The position numbers and the translations under genes are program-made. A stretch of DNA of 64,000 nucleotides from an uncultured Gemmatimonadales bacterium (GTDB taxonomy: Bacteria > Gemmatimonadota > Gemmatimonadetes > Gemmatimonadales > Gemmatimonadaceae). Positions 19,918 to 29,742 of this stretch are shown here, piece after piece. The notes under the pieces are model-generated. The model was not told the origin of the DNA and made no database searches. It saw only the letters and a program-made list of their open reading frames with translations. Within the stretch, counting starts at the first letter, position 1; each line of letters begins with the position of its first letter. Location of the stretch: contig OY969695.1 in the NCBI GenBank assembly GCA_963701965.1, forward strand, positions 3,776,001-3,840,000, given 5' to 3'.

Positions 19918-22900
19918 GCGGCCGCCTCCGCCGCCGCGGTCCGCACCGCGTAGTACTTGGCCTCGGGATGATGGACGATGAGTGCGGCGGTCGACTGTTC
20001 CGGCAGCAGTTGGAACGCCGACGTCAGCGACATGCCAAGGCCCGATTCGGCGGGCAAGAGACGAAATACCGTGGCATGATCATCGAGGTCGGGACAGGCG
20101 CCGTACCCCCACGAGTAGCGTTTGCCCCTCCCGTCGGCCAACCCCAGCTCGCGCCGCGCGCGCCGGTGCATCCACTCGGCCACGGCTTCGGCGGCCTCGA
20201 CCGCCAGGCCGTGGGCGTAGTACGCCTCGGTCACCTGACCCGCCGCGGTCAGCGCGTCGACGTGTGTCGTCGCCTCCGCGCCCACGGTCACGATCTGAAA
20301 GCCGACGACGTCCACGTCCCCGGATTCCACCGATCGGAAGTAATCGGCGAGGCACAACCGCTCACGCCCGGCCTGACGCGGAAAATGCAACCGCCCAATT
20401 TCCCGCAACGACCCGCCATCGCTCTCGTACGCCGCCGGATCATAGAGAACCAAGTCATTGCCGCTCGACTGCGCGGGGAAATAGCCGTAGGCGGCGCGCG
20501 GCACCAGCCACTGGTCGCGCGCGGCTGCCGCCGTGAGCCGGGCCAGCGTGGGCTCGAACTCGGCGCGCACGGTGGCATCGAACGCGGGCCCGGACCCCCG
20601 GCCGCCCCACTGCAGCCGGTATAACTCGTCGAGATCGAGCAGCGCGAACACCTCCGCGAGGGGGATGTCGCGCAGCACGCGGGTCCCGAAGAATGGCGCC
20701 CGGGGCACGGGATGGTTGGCGCTCACATCACTCCGGCCCGTGGCGTCGGTGCCGGCCGCGACGTCCTTGCCGACCGTCGTCTGCAGAAAGACGTCGGTCC
20801 GCGCCGCCCGCAAGCACTCCGCGACCATGCGCTCGCGGCGGGGGCCATCCATCAGGGCCTCCATCGTGTCGAGGCCCTCGAAGGCGTCCTTGCAGTAGAA
20901 CACGCCGGGCGCGTACGGGCGCTCGCCTTCGACGAACAAGGCGCGCCGTCCGAACCGGCGGTTGATCGCGGCGCCACCGATGAGCACCGGGTAGTCGAGA
21001 CCGCGGCGATCCAACTCCTGCACGCAGAGCGGCATCTGCTTCGACGTCGACACCAGAAGGGCCGAGAGCCCGATCGCGTCGGCCCCGACCTCCTGGGCCT
21101 TGTCGATGATCGTGTTCACCGGCACCTGCTTGCCGAGATCGTACACCGTGTAGCCGTTGTTCGACAAGATCGTGTTGACCAGCGACTTCCCAATGTCGTG
21201 CACGTCGCCGTACACCGTCGCCAGCACGACCTTCCCTTTCGTGTACCCCTCGGATTTCTCCAGAAACTGCTCCAGGTACCTCACGGCCTTCTTCATCACT
21301 TCCGCGCTCTGGAGCACGAACGGCAGGATCAGCTCGCCAGCGCCGAACTTGTCTCCGACTTCTTTCATGGCCGGCAGCAAAACGTCGTTGAGCACGCGGA
21401 CCGGTTGTTCCCGCACGCCCGCGAGATCCAGTTGCTCTTCGATGCCGTCTTTCTTTCGATGGACGATCTGCCAGTGGATCCTCTGATCCGGCGTCATGCC
21501 AGCCGTCGGATCGTCTTTCTGCTGCGCTCCGCCGGACGTCACGCCGGCAAAGTGTTCGATATAGCGCTGCAGCGCATCGGGACGACGATTGAACACCAGA
21601 TCGTCGGCCAGTGCGCGCTCGGTCTCCGGGATCTCGGCGTAGGGACGGACGTGGGCCGGATTGACGATGGCGGCGTCGAGGCCGGCCGCCACGCAGTGGT
21701 GCAGGAACACGGAGTTGAGCACCGCGCGCGCCGGCGGGGTCAGGCCGAACGAGACGTTGGAGACGCCGAGCACCGTGAGCACACCCGGGAGCTCGCGTTT
21801 GATGAGCCGGATGCCTTCGATCGTCTCCGATGCCGAGTCGATCCACTCGGCTTCGCCCGTGGCCAGCGTGAACGTGAGCGCGTCGAAGATGAGATCGGAC
21901 GAGACGAGGCCGTATTCCCGCGTCGCGATGTCGTGGATCCGGCGCGCGATCTCGAGCTTCCGGTCACGCGTCCGCGCCATCCCTGTCTCGTCGATCGTGA
22001 GCGCGACGACGGCCGCGCCGTGCTTCCGCACCAGCGGCAGTACGTCCTCGATCCGCTTGCGCCCGTTCTCCATGTTGATGGAGTTCACGATGGCGCGGCC
22101 GGGCACGTGCTCGAGCGCCCGCGCGATGACGGCGGGCTCCGTCGAGTCGATCATGAGCGGCGAGTCCACGCTCATCGACAGCAGTTTGACGGTGGCGGCC
22201 ATCTGCTCCGCCTCATCGCCGCGTTCCGTGAGCGCGACGCACACGTCGAGGACGTGCGCGCCGGACTCCGCCTGCTCGCGGGCCACGTGCAACAGGCCCT
22301 CGTAGTCGTCCGCCAACAGCAGTTGCTTGACCTTGCGCGACCCTTGCGCGTTCAGCCGCTCGCCGATCAGGAGCGGTGGTGGGTCCTGGTGCAGGGTGAT
22401 CGCCCGCATCGCGCTCGATACCCGCGGGACGTGATGGCGCTGCGGCTGGCCATTGCCGGAATGCGAAGACCGCACGGCGGCGACGATGGCCCGCAGATGG
22501 TCCGGCGTCGTGCCGCAACACCCGCCCACGATCCGCACGCCGAATTCGTGGACGAACTGCCCGAGGGCCGCGGCCATCGGGTCCGGCTCCAGCGGATACA
22601 CGGCGTCGCCCGTGCCGGTATTGAGCGGGAGCCCCGCATTCGGAATGACGGAGATCGGGCGGGACGCGTGCTCCGTCAGATACCGGACCGGCTCGCGCAT
22701 GTGTTCGGGGCCGGTCGAGCAGTTGAGCCCAATGACGTCGATGGGGAGGGCTTCCAGCGTCGTCATGGCGCTCGCGATGTCCGTGCCCAGCAGCATCCGC
22801 CCGCTGGTATCGAGCGTCACCTGGACTTGCAGCGCCACGCGGCGTCCGAGCTCGGCGAACAACTGCTCGATGCCGGCCACCGCAGCCTTGACCTCCAGGA

Positions 22901-23418
22901 TGTCCTGCGACGTCTCGACCAAGAGGACATCCACGCCGCCTTCGACCAGGTACTTGGCCTGCTCGTAGTAATTCCGGCTCAATTCGTCGAACGTGATGGC
23001 CGACAACGCCGGATCGCTGCTCGACGGGAGCATGCCCGTCGGCCCGATCGAGCCCGCGACGAACCGGGGCTGCTGTGGTGTCGTGTATACGTCGCACGCG
23101 GCGCGGGCGAGTCGGGCCGCCGTCACGTTGACGTCCCGCACTTTCTCGCCAATGCCCCATTCGGCCAGCCGCCGTGGGGTCGACTGGAACGTGCAGGTCT
23201 CGACGACGTCGCACCCGACCGCCAGGAACGACTCGTGGATCCCCTGGATCACGTCCGGCCGGGTGAGCACGAGAATGGTCGTTACACCCCTCGAGCGCCT
23301 TGCCGCCGAAGTCGGCCGCGGCCAGGTGATGGCGCTGGATGTTCGTGCCCATTGCCCCATCGTAGATGAGGACGCCGGATTCGAGCGCTGCGAGATACGG
23401 AAGATTCGTCAAAGACAC
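19914..23418 (-). CDS. metH: B12-dependent methionine synthase, +1 frameshift at ~23274
   Basis: YDGAMGT, GLNCSTGP, GGCCGTTP, pterin domain, GDVHDIGK, RYSWGYGACPDL; GACCATTCTC minus one T gives GCNDHLVLTRPD. Confidence 0.95.
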
Positions 23419-23428
23419 CCCGATAACG

Positions 23429-23453
23429 AAAAACCGGCCGCTGAAGCGGCCGG
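23429..23453 (-). terminator. Intrinsic terminator in the metH leader
   Basis: CCGGCCGC-TTCA-GCGGCCGG-TTTTT on the minus strand. Confidence 0.85.
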
Positions 23454-23463
23454 GTGGCGGGCG

Positions 23464-23511
23464 CTTTAGCGGTTTGTTTTACGTGGCCGCAATTCGCGTA
23501 AATCGCCACGG
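23464..23511 (-). promoter_or_regulatory. SAM-II (SAM_alpha) riboswitch
   Basis: CCGUGGCGAUUU-ACGCGAA-UUGCGGCCACGU-AAAACAAACCGCUAAAG: P1 CGUGGC/GCCACG, GAUUU loop and GCUAAA pseudoknot strand; upstream of metH. Confidence 0.88.
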
Positions 23512-23549
23512 TGAGCAGTTGTTCCCAACGGACGTAACGTATCCGGCGG

Positions 23550-24317
23550 TCAACGCTTGTGCAACAGCACGAGTTCGTAGGGCGCGAGCGGCGACGGGAG
23601 ACGCCGCGGGCGCGGGTGGCGCTCCGGATGGTCGGGGAGATCAGCCAGCGCCCGCTGCACGCGCTGGCGTCCGCCTTTGAAGTCCGTTTCCGGATCGATG
23701 CCCACGAGCGTCCGATACAGCGCATCGGCCCACCGCAAAATGCGCGGGGTCACGCAGACGACCCGGCCGCCGGGGCGCGTGACGCGGAGCGACTCCACCA
23801 GGCACGCCTTGGGGTCATCCATGAACTCCAGCGCGCTGACAATGACGACCGCGTCGAACGCGCCGTTGCGATACGGCAACGTCATGCCGCTGCCTTGCGC
23901 CGCCGTCAGGTGGATCCCGTCCTGGTCCAACTGCCGGCTGACGGCCGCCCCATGGGCGTGAATGTCGATGCCGAAGAGCGTTTTGGCGCGGCTCGCCAGC
24001 GTGTACATGAATACGCCGCTCCCATAGCCGATCTCCAGCACGGACCCGACCGATGCGGGCAACGCGTCACGCACCCAACGGAGCCGCTCGCGGAGGACCA
24101 TGCCCATGCCCCCGCCGTAGTAGTGGTCGACGTAGTCGACTGGGCCCGTCTGCGGCAGGTGTCCGGGCGGCGGCAAGACGAGATCCCCGTGCAGCACCGG
24201 TTCGGTGGACTGCCGCAGTGGCACCTCCCGCTCGACAATGCCGGGTTGTCGCGGGCTCGCGGCTGGGTCACGACGGACGGGTTCGGTCGGATTCTCGGAA
24301 GGGCGCATGAAGGTCAC
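23550..24317 (-). CDS. Class I SAM-dependent methyltransferase
   Basis: VLEIGYGSG, LPYRNGAFDAV, RVTRPGG. Confidence 0.85.
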   Translation of the reverse strand: MTFMRPSENPTEPVRRDPAASPRQPGIVEREVPLRQSTEPVLHGDLVLPPPGHLPQTGPVDYVDHYYGGGMGMVLRERLRWVRDALPASVGSVLEIGYGSGVFMYTLASRAKTLFGIDIHAHGAAVSRQLDQDGIHLTAAQGSGMTLPYRNGAFDAVVIVSALEFMDDPKACLVESLRVTRPGGRVVCVTPRILRWADALYRTLVGIDPETDFKGGRQRVQRALADLPDHPERHPRPRRLPSPLAPYELVLLHKR

Positions 24318-24398
24318 CCCTCAATAGTGTCAAGCAGCCTCGATAGTTGGATGGTCGAGGCCTTTGTGACAGCACTGAGGCAAGTCACGCGCCTTTCG

Positions 24399-24998
24399 TC
24401 ACATGATCTCGTGCAAAAACGCCCACTGCAGGAAGCTCAGGAGGAAGTAGGCCACGATCGGCGTGATGTCGAACATGCCAACCGTCGGCACGACACGCCG
24501 TAATGGCTTGATCAGCCATTCCGTGAGCACGAACGACCAGCGCACCCATTTCGAGTACGGCGAAATGCGGATCCAGGAGGAGGCCACGCGCACGATCAGG
24601 GCGACCTGCAGGAGCTCGAACATCCAACCGACGAAAAGGGCCACCGTGGACCGGGGTCCGCCGGCGACCGCGCTGAACAAACCGATGATCAATCCCCGCA
24701 GCGCGTCGAGGACGCTCAACAGTACGATCCCGCCCACGACGACCGCGACCAACGCCCACCAGGGTGCGGAGCTGGGCAGCCCTCCGGCGCGCACGACGGC
24801 ACGCTCGACTGGCGCGATCGCGGGATCGACCATTGTGCGGAAAAATCGGGCGGGTGGGCTGAACGGGTTGAGGCGGCGCGTGCGCACGAGCCAATCGCCC
24901 GCGCACGCGAGCCCGGTGAGCACGCCCACGCCGAGCACCAGATACCGGGCGGCGACGAGGGCGACGTCGAGCGCGCTAACGATCGTGTTGGCGTCCAT
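24399..24998 (-). CDS. YggT family membrane protein
   Basis: LTEWLIKPLRRVVPTVGMFDITPIVA; duplicated YGGT domain. Confidence 0.88.
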   Translation of the reverse strand: MDANTIVSALDVALVAARYLVLGVGVLTGLACAGDWLVRTRRLNPFSPPARFFRTMVDPAIAPVERAVVRAGGLPSSAPWWALVAVVVGGIVLLSVLDALRGLIIGLFSAVAGGPRSTVALFVGWMFELLQVALIVRVASSWIRISPYSKWVRWSFVLTEWLIKPLRRVVPTVGMFDITPIVAYFLLSFLQWAFLHEIM

Positions 24999-26241
24999 GG
25001 ATATAGAAGGATACTCCGTAGGCGAGGCCAAGCTCGATGACGGCGGCAAGCCAGACGTGAGAAGAGGCCGCGGGCGATCCGGCGAAGAGAGGGATGATAG
25101 CGAATGACCCCGCGAACGTGGCAGCCGGAACGCCGGCGCGGATCCAGGCGGCCCAGCCGGTCCGGGCGAGCCAATAGCCGAGGGGCCCAAAGGCCAACCC
25201 GAGCCAGACGATGGTGACGAGGCCGTTGAACTGGGCCTGTTTGCCGTACGAATCGTTGATGAGGAGCCGCCAACCCTGCCACGCGCCCGCGTCCGGCCGC
25301 GAACTGGCTACGCGCCCACCCCGCTCGGTGGAGAGCACGACTCCGCGCCGGTCGACGGTGGCGGCAATGCGCACGGTGTCGTTCACGCTCGGCCGATCGC
25401 AGGGGATGACTCCGTGCAGGCAATGGGCCGGTGAGTGCAACCGGAGGTCATCGAGGCGCGTGCGCACGCCGAACACGAGGTCCGACCCCGCGCACGCCAC
25501 CATGAAGATCTCCTCCTGCTGCTTGTCGAAGACGCCGACAATGGGCGCGACCCGGCCGATGCTGGGCGCGGCGACAGTGATGACGTTGACGCGCGCGACG
25601 CCGCGCAGAAAATCGGAACGCATGGCGGCGCTCGCCGAGTCCGAGAGTCGTCCCGTCGCGAAGGGCCGGCCGTTGTACTCGGCGGACACGATCTGACCAC
25701 GGTATTTCCCGTAGCGCGGCAGGTCGGCGGCGACTTGCTCCCAATACACCGCCCGCGGCAGCGAGGGGCGCGTGACCAGCGGCAGTGCGAGCCCGAGCGC
25801 CAGCCACGCGCCGGCGGCACCGAGCGCGAGCCGCCGGCTCTCGACGGGGGTTGGCGTGAACAGCAGCGGCAGCGCGTCGGCGAGGAACGCGCCACACAGC
25901 GCGCCGATCGGGTTCGAGACCATGTCGTTGATGCCCGCTTCGCGTCCCGAGATGACGAAATCCTGCAGCGTCTCGATCGTCGTTGCCAGCGCGAGCCCGA
26001 GCACGAAGATGTGCCACCGCCGCAGTCCGAGCAGTCGCAGTCCGAGCCCGAGCGGAATGAACAGCGCGATGTTGAGCAGAAAGTCAGCGAAGCCAAACGA
26101 TCCACAGAACAGACAGGTATGGAATCCGAATGGCAGTGGCCCACCGAGTGGCCGCAACGTGAGGCGGGCGATAATGGCCAGCGAGCACAGACTCGTGGCA
26201 AACCCGAGCGCCTTCTGTTGCGTGCGCGCTACAGTAACCAT
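24976..26241 (-). CDS. VanZ family membrane protein
   Basis: DFLLNIALFIPLG, IETLQ...GR...INDMVSN. Confidence 0.85.
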   Translation of the reverse strand: MVTVARTQQKALGFATSLCSLAIIARLTLRPLGGPLPFGFHTCLFCGSFGFADFLLNIALFIPLGLGLRLLGLRRWHIFVLGLALATTIETLQDFVISGREAGINDMVSNPIGALCGAFLADALPLLFTPTPVESRRLALGAAGAWLALGLALPLVTRPSLPRAVYWEQVAADLPRYGKYRGQIVSAEYNGRPFATGRLSDSASAAMRSDFLRGVARVNVITVAAPSIGRVAPIVGVFDKQQEEIFMVACAGSDLVFGVRTRLDDLRLHSPAHCLHGVIPCDRPSVNDTVRIAATVDRRGVVLSTERGGRVASSRPDAGAWQGWRLLINDSYGKQAQFNGLVTIVWLGLAFGPLGYWLARTGWAAWIRAGVPAATFAGSFAIIPLFAGSPAASSHVWLAAVIELGLAYGVSFYIHGRQHDR

Positions 26242-26333
26242 CGTATAAGTATGGAAGAAAGGGAGATAAGGCCCTCCAGCGGCTGGCACCGTAACTGCGA
26301 ATCGTTGGCAGTGAACGACTCGCGACCCTGACA

Positions 26334-27203
26334 ATGCTACACTCGAGAACCACCGCAATAAAGCACTTCTTTACCGTTGACGTGGAAGACTACTTCCAGG
26401 TCAGCGCGTTCGAGGGCGTCGTCTCACGCGATCAGTGGACGCGATTCCCGAGTCGCATCGAGGCATCCGTCGACCGGATTCTCGGGATCATGTCCCGGCG
26501 CGGCATCCGGGGCACGTTCTTCACGCTCGGCTGGATCGCCAAACATCACCCGTCCGTGGTGCGGCGCATTGCGGCCGAGCATCACGAGATCGCTTCGCAC
26601 GGTTGGTGGCATCAGAAGGTGACCACCTTGAGTCCCGACGCGTTCCGCGAGGACGTGCGTTCCGCCAAGAAAGAGCTGGAAGACGTGTGCGGGCGCGCCG
26701 TCGTCGGCTATCGGGCGCCCAGTTTCTCGATCGTGCCCGGTCGGGAGTGGGCATTTGATGTGCTGATCGAGGAAGGCTATGAGTACGATTCCAGCCTCTT
26801 TCCCGTGAATCGTTCGGACTACGGGTACCCCAGCGCGCCGCCCATCGCCCACGTCATCGAGCGCGCGGGTGGTCGACTGTGCGAGTTTCCGCTGGCGACC
26901 ACACTGTGGAATGGCGTGCGGATCCCGGCGGCCGGCGGGGGATATTTCCGCCATTTCCCGTACAACATCATCCAGCGCGCGTTTCGCGAGCACGGCAGGA
27001 GTGGCATGCCGGCGGTCTTCTACATCCATCCGTGGGAGATCGACCCCGAGCAGCCCCGCCTTCCCGTCTCGTTGCTCACCCGTGTGCGGCACTATCGCGG
27101 GCTGCGCAACACCGAGGAGCGCTTGGAGCGGCTCCTGGGCGAGTTCCAATTCACGTCGCTGAACGAAGGGTTGCGCAACGCCTTGTTGCCGCAGAGCGCG
27201 TGA
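26334..27203 (+). CDS. XrtA/PEP-CTERM-system polysaccharide deacetylase (DUF3473)
   Basis: TVDVEDYFQV, TFFTLGW, HEIASHG, GYRAPSFS, GGGYFR, YIHPWEIDP. Confidence 0.92.
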   Translation: MLHSRTTAIKHFFTVDVEDYFQVSAFEGVVSRDQWTRFPSRIEASVDRILGIMSRRGIRGTFFTLGWIAKHHPSVVRRIAAEHHEIASHGWWHQKVTTLSPDAFREDVRSAKKELEDVCGRAVVGYRAPSFSIVPGREWAFDVLIEEGYEYDSSLFPVNRSDYGYPSAPPIAHVIERAGGRLCEFPLATTLWNGVRIPAAGGGYFRHFPYNIIQRAFREHGRSGMPAVFYIHPWEIDPEQPRLPVSLLTRVRHYRGLRNTEERLERLLGEFQFTSLNEGLRNALLPQSA

Positions 27204-28213
27204 TCGAGGAGTTCACCGGCCCTCCGGAAGAGTGGGATCAGTTCGTCCGCGGCGCCGACGGCTGGAGCCACTTTCATTTGTACGGCTGGCGCAGCGTCAT
27301 GGAGCGGGTCTTTCGCCATCGCTGTGTGTACCTGGCCGCCCGCGAAGGCGGCGCGCTGGTGGGCGTGCTTCCGCTCGTGCGTGTAAAGAGCGCGCTCTTC
27401 GGACACTACCTCGTGTCCATGCCGTTTCTGAACTACGGCGGCCCCCTCGGCAGTGAGGAGGCCGTCGTCGCCTTGGCGGCCCACGCCGAGGAGCGGGCGC
27501 GCGCGGATCGGGTCAAGCTGCTGGAGCTGAGGAGTCGGCGGCAGTTGCCTCTGCGACTGCCTGTGTCCACCCGGAAGGTCACCGTCGTGCTCGATCTGCC
27601 GGACGATCCCGAGCGGCTCTGGAAGCAGCTCGACGCCAAGGTCCGGAGCCAGGTGCGGCGTCCGCAGAAAGAGGGCGTCACGGTCAAGTTTGGCGCGGAC
27701 CAGCTCGGACCATTCTTCGACGTGTTCGCGCATCACATGCGCGACCTCGGCACGCCGACCCAGCCGCGGCGATTGTTCGAGGTGATCGCCGAGACGTTTC
27801 CCGAGGACGTCTGGTTCGGGTGTGCCTATCTGGGGTCGGAGGCGATCGCCTGCGGCTGCGGATTCCGCTGGGGGTCCGAGTACGAGATGACGTGGGCCTC
27901 GGCCCTGTCGGCGCACAAGAAGCTCTCGGCCAACATGCTGCTCTACTGGTCGTTCATGGAGCGCGCGATCAGCGAAAAGCTGACGTTGTTCAACTTCGGT
28001 CGGTGCACGCCCGAGGGCGGCACGCACAAGTTCAAGCGCCAGTGGGGCTCGCGGGACGAGCAGCTGTGGTGGTACGACTGGTCCGTCTCCGGGGACACGA
28101 AGACGCCATCGCCCGATGACGGCGCGTACGCCTGGGGACCGCGCCTCTGGCAGCGCATCCCGGTGCCCGTGGCGACCGTTCTCGGCCCCAGGATCGTCAA
28201 GTACATCCCGTAG
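27200..28213 (+). CDS. FemAB-related (GNAT-fold) protein, PEP-CTERM-system associated
   Basis: HLYGW, LFGHYLVSMPFLNYGG, MRDLGTP, FNFGR, FKRQWG; GTGA overlap with the upstream gene. Confidence 0.9.
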   Translation: MIEEFTGPPEEWDQFVRGADGWSHFHLYGWRSVMERVFRHRCVYLAAREGGALVGVLPLVRVKSALFGHYLVSMPFLNYGGPLGSEEAVVALAAHAEERARADRVKLLELRSRRQLPLRLPVSTRKVTVVLDLPDDPERLWKQLDAKVRSQVRRPQKEGVTVKFGADQLGPFFDVFAHHMRDLGTPTQPRRLFEVIAETFPEDVWFGCAYLGSEAIACGCGFRWGSEYEMTWASALSAHKKLSANMLLYWSFMERAISEKLTLFNFGRCTPEGGTHKFKRQWGSRDEQLWWYDWSVSGDTKTPSPDDGAYAWGPRLWQRIPVPVATVLGPRIVKYIP

Positions 28214-28224
28214 CGCTTCGGGGT

Positions 28225-28623
28225 GTGTTCGGCTACATTGAGGCTGTGCCCAAGACCTCCGTCGAGAGCGACGTGAGTGACTACGCCCCAGTCGCCGACC
28301 GCATCGCCCTCTTCTACGAGCGCTACCCCAGCGGCCGCATCGTGACCGATCTCGTCGCGCGCACCGAGCGCGACGTCGTGTTCAAGGCCAGCGTCTACCG
28401 CGTGCCCAATGAGCGCGAGCCCGCGGCTACCGGATGGGCCTCGGAGCGCGAAGGGGACGGCGAGATCAACGCGGTGGCCTGTCTCGAGAACACGGAGACA
28501 TCGGCCATCGGTCGCGCCCTGGCGAACCTCGGCTTCACCGCGTCGCGCGAGCGGGCGAGCGCGGAAGAGATGGCCAAGGCGGCGCGCCGGCGCGCGCACC
28601 TCGGGATGCGAGAGACCGGCTGA
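28225..28623 (+). CDS. Hypothetical protein resembling phage Rad52/Sak-like single-strand annealing domains
   Basis: Y..V..RI..F...YP.G.I.T, VVFKA.V, ATG.A.E, LEN.ETSAIGRALA.LG. Confidence 0.55.
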   Translation: MFGYIEAVPKTSVESDVSDYAPVADRIALFYERYPSGRIVTDLVARTERDVVFKASVYRVPNEREPAATGWASEREGDGEINAVACLENTETSAIGRALANLGFTASRERASAEEMAKAARRRAHLGMRETG

Positions 28624-29716
28624 TGTGACCGAGTATGGTCCGGGCGATCACGGGCCAGCTATACCGGTCGATCATGAGCGCGCGGGCCCGGCGGCTGGCC
28701 TCCTTCCACGCTTCCGCGTCGCGCATCGTGCGCAGAATCGCCGCGGCGTATCCGTCAATGTCGCCGACGGGGACGGTCGTCCCGGCGCCGGTGCCCGCGG
28801 TCAGTTCTATCGCTCCGCCTTGAGCCAATGCGACCAGCGGCAACCCGGCGCTCATCGCCTCGACCAGCACGTGGGGCGACCGGTCGAACCAATGCGGCAG
28901 GAAGAACACGCGCGCGCGCCGGAAATGCGCCGCCAACGCCTCGCGATCGTACACGGGTCCGAGAAAACTCACGTTCGTCCTATCGCCCACGGGTAGTCCG
29001 CTCCCGTCGCGACCGATCACGACGAAGCGGATCGCCGGATCGACCTCCGCGACCCGCGCCGCGGTCGCCAGAAGAAAGTCGACGCCCTTTCGCCGGAAGT
29101 CGTTCGACACATGCAGCACGACGGACTCGCGTCCGGCGTCGGCAATGGTCTCTCCCGAAAGGTCGATGGCGCACGGGCCCCAACCCACGACGTGGACTTT
29201 GTCGGGCGCGACCGTGTGGGCCCCCAACGTCTGGGCCCGCGCCCATTCCGACATACAGAAGACGCCGCCGGCATCGCGATAGGTCGCCGCCTGCAGCGTG
29301 TGGGCGCGCACGCCGCGCGCCCGCAATGCGGGCCGCTCGCCGGGCAATGGTGCGAGAGAACGGCTCTGATCAATGTACGTGAAGAAAGGAATGCGCGGCG
29401 CCCCGCCGGCCGTCGGATGGAACCAACTGCCCCACATCAGCAGCGCATCCGGCCGCTGCGCCAGGGTGCGCAGACCGCGCTGCAGCACGCGGCGCCGCCG
29501 CCGTTGGATCAGCGGATGCATCTGATAGTTGCCCCACCACTCGGATCGCGGTTGGGCGTACGAGAGACAGGCCGCGCCCAGCTTGGTGATGGCGTCAATG
29601 TCGTCGAACGGCAGCTCGGCGATCACTTGCGTCTGCCGCGCCAGCTCATCGAACAGCGCCTTTTGGCGCGGCTCGTTCCCCGTGAGGCAGAGGGTCGGTG
29701 GCGCGGGATCGGTCAC
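28535..29716 (-). CDS. Glycosyltransferase family 4
   Basis: RKGVD, VLVEAMSAGLPLV, YSW. Confidence 0.88.
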   Translation of the reverse strand: MTDPAPPTLCLTGNEPRQKALFDELARQTQVIAELPFDDIDAITKLGAACLSYAQPRSEWWGNYQMHPLIQRRRRRVLQRGLRTLAQRPDALLMWGSWFHPTAGGAPRIPFFTYIDQSRSLAPLPGERPALRARGVRAHTLQAATYRDAGGVFCMSEWARAQTLGAHTVAPDKVHVVGWGPCAIDLSGETIADAGRESVVLHVSNDFRRKGVDFLLATAARVAEVDPAIRFVVIGRDGSGLPVGDRTNVSFLGPVYDREALAAHFRRARVFFLPHWFDRSPHVLVEAMSAGLPLVALAQGGAIELTAGTGAGTTVPVGDIDGYAAAILRTMRDAEAWKEASRRARALMIDRYSWPVIARTILGHISRSLASRGARAGAPPWPSLPRSPARATR

Positions 29717-29742
29717 GGGTCGAAAGATATTAGATTCTGGCC

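Noticed and set aside
17998..23369. Long plus-strand ORFs (651 aa, 885 aa) and similar ones elsewhere (e.g. 51073-52821, 56270-58498)
   Set aside because: They are antisense shadows of well-supported genes in high-GC DNA and carry no motifs.
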